A DNA stretch of 64,000 nt from Eledone cirrhosa (lineage: Eukaryota): positions 14,012,001 through 14,076,000 of the forward strand of contig OZ024750.1 in NCBI GenBank assembly GCA_964016885.1, given 5' to 3'. Below the pieces are notes generated by a model that worked only from the letters and a program-made list of their open reading frames with translations, made no database searches and was not told the DNA's origin. The position numbers and the translations under genes are program-made. Shown here piece after piece: positions 58,106 to 64,000 of this stretch (within the stretch, counting starts at the first letter, position 1; every line of letters begins with the position of its first letter).

Positions 58106-58396
58106 CCTACAGGAATCGGATTAGTACGTTAGTTAAGGAACGGTTGACTGGAGCGATCGTCAACAGCAGGTGGTGGGTATCTCTAAAGAGAGAGATTAGA
58201 GTAGTCTCGATAGAATTTAGTAAGGTTCTAGCTGCGGATAGGAATAGGAAGGAAAGGGAGCTAATAGATAGAGTAGAAGAGGCAATTAGAAGCGGCGACG
58301 TGGCCAGAGTGCTAGCGTCGAGAACGGCTTTGAGCCAGTTTTTCGACGCGAAGCACGAAGGCTGCGTTGTCCGAAGTAAAATACGTGCTCTAGGGA
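58105..58396 (+). mobile_element. Internal fragment of a Tx1/L1-like ORF2 (endonuclease-RT linker)
   Basis: YRNRISTLVKERLTGAIVNSRWWVSLKREIR...GCVVRSKIRALG resembles the WW..LK..I...G..VRS linker of L1/Tx1 ORF2. Confidence 0.6.
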
Positions 58397-58403
58397 ATAT
58401 ATA

Positions 58404-58587
58404 TAACAAAGAAGGTGTGGTAAGATACCAGGTGGACCATAACGCACCAGAGTACTCAATACTTAGGGTAGGAGCGTGGGTAATAGGAAAAGAGGCAGGA
58501 CCCCGACGGCTGAGCTCCAGCCGTTTCGACAGCTGATCCGAACAGTTCGGATCTAGCTGTCGAAAAGGCCGGAGCTCAGCCGACTCT

Positions 58588-58591
<4 letters not shown>
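58404..58591 (-). mobile_element. Family C fold-back element, divergent copy
   Basis: Shares ggaccataacgcaccagagtactcaatacttagggtag. The hairpins show compensatory differences. Confidence 0.7.
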
Positions 58592-58627
<36 letters not shown>

Positions 58628-58695
58628 GCACACACACGCACACACTCACACACACATATATATATATATATATTATATATATATATATATATATA

Positions 58696-58891
58696 CGTTA
58701 TTCCGGGTTGAATCGGAGGTAACCACAGTAAGTAAGGTACTCAATACATAGCAGAGTATAAAAGTTTTAATATAGATGAGATTCTACAGGACTAGAACTG
58801 TTTCATTCATTAGAAATCATCAGGAATCTCATGATGATTTCTAATGAATGAAACAGTTCTAGTCCTGTAGAATCTCATCTATATTAAAACT
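58696..58891 (-). mobile_element. Family A fold-back hammerhead element in (TA)n
   Basis: Near-identical to 9724-9897 in reverse. Pivot lies in stem I. Confidence 0.78.
58776..58832 (-). ncRNA. Type I hammerhead ribozyme (family A)
   Basis: Minus strand: ATGAGATTC-CTGATGA-T TTC taat GAA T-GAAA CAG ttctagtc CTG TA-GAATCTCAT. 9-bp stem I, intact core, GUA cleavage triplet. Confidence 0.8.
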
Positions 58892-58925
58892 TATATATAT
58901 ATATATATATATACGCACACACACG

Positions 58926-58960
<35 letters not shown>

Positions 58961-59001
58961 TTATTAAAATAACAGATTTTAGTCTTCAAATTTATTATTA
59001 T

Positions 59002-59080
<79 letters not shown>

Positions 59081-59591
59081 TGTGTGTGTGTGTGTGTTTA
59101 TTTTAATATATTTTTGCTTTAAGTTATTTATTCAGATTGTCTACATAATGTGTGTGTGTGTGCGTGTTTGTGTGCGTGTGTGTTTGTGTATGTGTGTGTG
59201 AGTGAACATTTGTAAATATATTATTTTTGCTGACTACCTCATAATTTATTGAGGATAATAAGGTGTTCAATATATCTTCCATTTCAACTTCAAGAACAAA
59301 ATTAAACTCTTTTCAGAACGTTTTTCTTGGTCCCCTGTGATTTCTCCAAATAATTTATGCTTTTAATATTTTTAAAATATTTTTTTCAATGTGAATTAAG
59401 CAGAATTCATTAAAATTAATTACAGCTTTCAATCAGCTGAACAAATGTTATTCTCAGTCAGTTCTGTAATAAAAAAAAACCCAAACACACCAACTATTAA
59501 ACAAATGAGATATACATACACACACACACAGACACACACACACATATATATATATTTACATATATATATTTATATGTATATATGTATTTAC

Positions 59592-59636
<45 letters not shown>

Positions 59637-59643
59637 CATATTC

Positions 59644-59696
<53 letters not shown>

Positions 59697-59697
<1 letters not shown>

Positions 59698-60108
59698 GGT
59701 GGCTGCCAACTCGTTTTCGAGTACGGCCACTACTTTATATCCATGTAGGAGAGCCCCTACCGATGCGCTAAACGAGTGTTACTTTTTAGTTCAGCCAGCG
59801 ACTTGAAAACTCTGGTACAAACACTACACTTGTGACAATTATTGACACATAGTGCTGGGCCCATGGTACCATGTGACGACAAGTACAGAGAGATCTCCAG
59901 ATATAAAGCAATGCCTGTGCCGTGAAGCTTTTATAGTGAGCAAAGGCACTGCACAAAGCCAGTCCCACTCTCTTAACCAAGATGATATTTACCAAAAAGA
60001 AGAACAAGTCAACATCATTGGATACCATCAGGGTTGCAGGTGTTATATCAGAGTTTTACTTCTCCTAGAATTCTGCCTTGACAAAGGCTAAGGGGTCATC
60101 TCTCCCGG
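59697..60108 (-). mobile_element. Bipartite non-autonomous RTE-derived element
   Basis: Near-identical to 38787-39199. Confidence 0.7.
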
Positions 60109-60125
60109 TGTTTTGGATACATACA

Positions 60126-60159
<34 letters not shown>

Positions 60160-60186
60160 CATACATACATACATACATACATACAT

Positions 60187-60223
<37 letters not shown>

Positions 60224-60236
60224 TACACATACACAC

Positions 60237-60323
<87 letters not shown>

Positions 60324-60327
60324 TATA

Positions 60328-60513
<186 letters not shown>

Positions 60514-60514
60514 A

Positions 60515-60653
<139 letters not shown>

Positions 60654-60839
60654 AAGGGTGAAGGAAGTACGATCAGAAACTGTGCCTGTCCAAATATAAA
60701 GTTCTATACATCTGTTATATAACAAAACCAATGATTATATGCACTGTTCTCTTTTGATTTTGATTAATATTTTGTCTGTGTTTCTTTAATATTTTGGTTG
60801 ACAGCATCAAATATTTAACGGATGAAATTCTTCTTTTTC

Positions 60840-61210
60840 GCCCACTTATTCCTGAGAGGGTCGTAGGGGCAGAGTCCTCAAACATTCATTCCAGCGTGTT
60901 CTGCCAGAAGCAACCCTTCCAACTGATTCGGCTGGATCCCCAAGCGTGACCAGCCAAGCTCATGGATGTTATCCAACCATCTTGCTCAGGGTCTACCCCT
61001 GGGTCTCTTGCCGGTTGGTTTTTTCCCGTAACTCTGTCCAGCGATTCTTTCCTGGGACATTCTAACCACATGCCCATAGTATCGGAGCTGTGGTCTCTCA
61101 ACTCGGAGAAGTAGCAGCTCTACATGGAGTGACTCTCTGATCTGAAAGTTACGCACTTTAACGAGTAACGTTACTCCAAAAACCCTTCGGTGGAATCCTA
61201 TTTCGGAAGG
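60840..61210 (-). pseudogene. RTE-clade (Expander-like) LINE 3' fragment just upstream of the otp exon
   Basis: EIGFHRRVFGVTL..KVRNFQIRESLHVELLLLRVERPQLRYYGHVVRM...GKRPRGRP*ARWLDNI. Confidence 0.75.
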
Positions 61211-61486
61211 TTCTTTAGAGTAACGTTACTCGATATAATGTTTAACTTGAATGAAATTACGGGAGAAATCCATAAAGCTAAGACAACACCTAGGATTTGG
61301 TTTCCAGGTAGTTAACTGAATACAACACATATGCAGCCAAAACAACACATATGCAGCCAAAAGATTTTTTTTTTTTAATTTCCATTTTTATTGTAGATGT
61401 GAGCCGTATTTCTATCGACCAGCACCCCAGTAAAAGACTGGATGTTCCCTCTACCGTGCTGTGTGAATTACTCTCTACTGTTCCAG

Positions 61487-61818
61487 GTCTCCGTGATCCC
61501 GGTCATGAACTCCTTGGTGGCGCTCCGCTCAAAGAGAAAGAAGAAAACCAGCTCAAGTCTTCGGTCATCAATAATGGACGAACCAGTTCAGAACAGCATC
61601 AATCTTCACTTAATGGTGGGACCGGTAATGGTAATGGAGGAGGTGGCAACAACGGACAAGATCTGGACAAAACCGTCAAACAAAAACGACACCGAACACG
61701 ATTCACGCCTGCCCAGTTAAACGAACTTGAACGCAGCTTTGCTAAAACGCACTACCCAGATATTTTTATGCGAGAAGAATTGGCTCTCAGAATTGGTTTA
61801 ACTGAGTCACGCGTGCAA
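61487..61818 (+). CDS. otp: Orthopedia homeobox gene, internal exon encoding N-terminal linker and homeodomain residues 1-46
   Basis: Translation contains [47 protein letters not shown], the Otp-type homeodomain (61681-61818). Acceptor ctctctactgttccag at 61486 (phase 1). Donor CAA|gtaagt at 61819, the PRD-class intron position between Q46 and V47. Confidence 0.93.
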
Positions 61819-61997
61819 GTAAGTAGAACATTTTTTTATAAATATATAAATGTTTTTTTCTATCATTAGGTGACAGTTACATGGAATACAAAGTTCACCT
61901 AGTGACCGGCCAAAACTGTATTGATATAAAATATCTCAATCTACTCTATGTACGCAGGTTTATGTCAGGTAATGTTTGTAACCTGTGGGACATGCCA

Positions 61998-62094
<97 letters not shown>

Positions 62095-62179
62095 GTGTTA
62101 TTAACTGTTTAAATAAATGATAGTTAGTTGTGTTATTAACTGTTTAAATAAATGATAGTTAGAGTTGCGTTTGCACGTG

Positions 62180-62212
<33 letters not shown>

Positions 62213-63700
62213 ATCGAATGTACGATTGAGTTTAGTTTTGCTATAGTAATACCTTCAACTCAAAAGATTTTATATACAAAATACATATATATACATATTT
62301 TCTATTCGAAGTCATTTTACTATCTCATACACCTATATTTCACTTTAGAACATAACGGATATCACTCTGTCAAATTTTTTTGTCTCCTATAAATTTGTGA
62401 CTCTTTGCTTATGTAAGAAATGAAAAGATGAGTACTGTAAGTGCTCTAAACATTAACTTTATACAGTAGTTCTATTAATTACATGAAAAACATCTAAACA
62501 ACTTAATTTAAAAAAAAAGTCTAAAGAGTGTCTCAAGTCCGGAGGGTCATCAAACCGGTGCTTATCCCGGTTTCCGTGGGGTTAAGTGACTGAGAGCACA
62601 AGACTCTTCCCTGGACAGGATACCATTCCATCGCAGTACTCATTCTCAGCTGAGTATATTGAAGCTACGTGATATAAAGTATTTTGATCAAGAACACAAT
62701 ACACAACCCAGTCCAGGAATTGAACTCACGACTTTATGACCGTAAGTCCAACACCATTAACACTCGGCCACGCGCCTCCGCCTAAATAGCTTAATAGCTG
62801 AATATGAAATAAAATGTCCAATGGGTGTTATAACTGCATTATAAGAGGATCGGACGCCATGCTTTGACGGCCCTTGCCATTCTGAGTTCAAATCCCGCCG
62901 AGGTTAACTTTGCTTTTCATCCTTACGGGGTCGATAAAATAAAGTACCAGTAATGTACTGGGTATTTGCTGGCCTTGTGCGAAAAATAGAAACAATTATT
63001 ATTATTATCTATCTCTGATAATTAAAGAAAATATATTCTGCGGGGTTTAGATTTCCTTCCGTCGCTAACTTACATATTTGATTTTTCTGACGATCCCACT
63101 TTGTGAAATTGTTACCTTACAATTATTTCTAACACCAGGATGCAGCTAATTAAAACCTCGTTAAACAATGGCGTCAGTATACCTCCAATGCAGGGAGAGT
63201 GGCAATGAAATTAGTCCAATACTTACCAAACAACACATATGAAAGATAGACTGGGAATAAATAAGTGAGAATTCATAAATGCTCAGAAAATGTAGCATGA
63301 TTATAAATTACAAATATTAATTTATTACATTTTCTTAATTACTATTTACTGCATTTACTGTATACCTACACGTAAAGTGACTTTAGTGAAGATTGAAGCT
63401 ATTAATATTCATTAACATCTAGGTATTCAACTCTATGGAGTCTACTTTCTAATAATAAGGTTCTGAAATTCGACGTACAGAACGCACCATCGTATAAAGA
63501 TGTGCTTGGTGAAAACTCCCAGTTAAAATCGCAGTGACACATTCCAAATATATCACTACCTTGTAATCGTAAATAATCATCATCATCACCATCATCAAAT
63601 AATACAAGTAACCAGAATATATATATCATGGGAATTGTGGAGTAACAGACAATTTGCTTTACAATATTAAACCACGTCCCTTTGCCTCATGAGTTTAAAT

Positions 63701-63991
63701 CAGTCGTGGGCAACCAACGGCCCGCGAAGCTTTCTGAAGGGCTCGCCTAAGTCACCTAAGTGAAACCTTTCTGATTTTTATACCCCAAATTTTCAGTTGT
63801 AATTTATCTTTCTATCATTTTTACGATCGATGAAAACAACGTGTACGAATTCTGTAAAAACAAATCAAAACAACCTGAGTTACCACCCTTTCTTTTAATG
63901 TGGGCACGAATGTAAATTAGGGCTTGCGGCCCACCTGATGATGAGCCATATCTCATGCGGCCCGCTTCTCGAAAAAGGTTTCCCATGCCTG
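63701..63991. mobile_element. hAT-type MITE
   Basis: TIRs CAGTCGTGGGCAACC / GGTTTCCCATGCCTG, subterminal cggcccgc motifs, perfect 8-bp TSD GTTTAAAT. Confidence 0.85.
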
Positions 63992-64000
63992 GTTTAAATG

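Noticed and set aside
61351-61486. ORF-track N-terminus of Otp (MQPKDFFF...)
   Set aside because: Probably intron: T-run, duplicated acaacacatatgcagccaaaa, and a good acceptor at 61486.

Overview
AT-rich, microsatellite-saturated animal genomic DNA; the repeat families and composition point to an octopus (inference). The only host gene I can support is an internal exon of the PRD-class homeobox gene orthopedia (otp) at 61487-61818, so the rest is otp upstream or intronic sequence. It is filled with mobile DNA: many tRNA-derived Nin-domain-like SINEs, RTE, CR1 and R4/Dong remnants, bipartite non-autonomous RTE elements, hAT and pogo-like MITEs, and a young Tx1-clade LINE with several related 3' ends that sit in (ATCT)n tracts. 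The most unusual signal is a set of at least seven sequence-distinct short elements, mostly embedded in (TA)n, that carry type I hammerhead ribozyme folds. Several have non-canonical cores (U10.1-U11.1, CAGAAGA, C[A/C]GUUGA). Most multi-copy families occur as fold-back palindromes pivoting in or beside the ribozyme, and several share a UUGAGUAC-like tail motif, which suggests non-autonomous Penelope-like or retrozyme-like elements. All folds and alignments were read by eye and no database searches were run.
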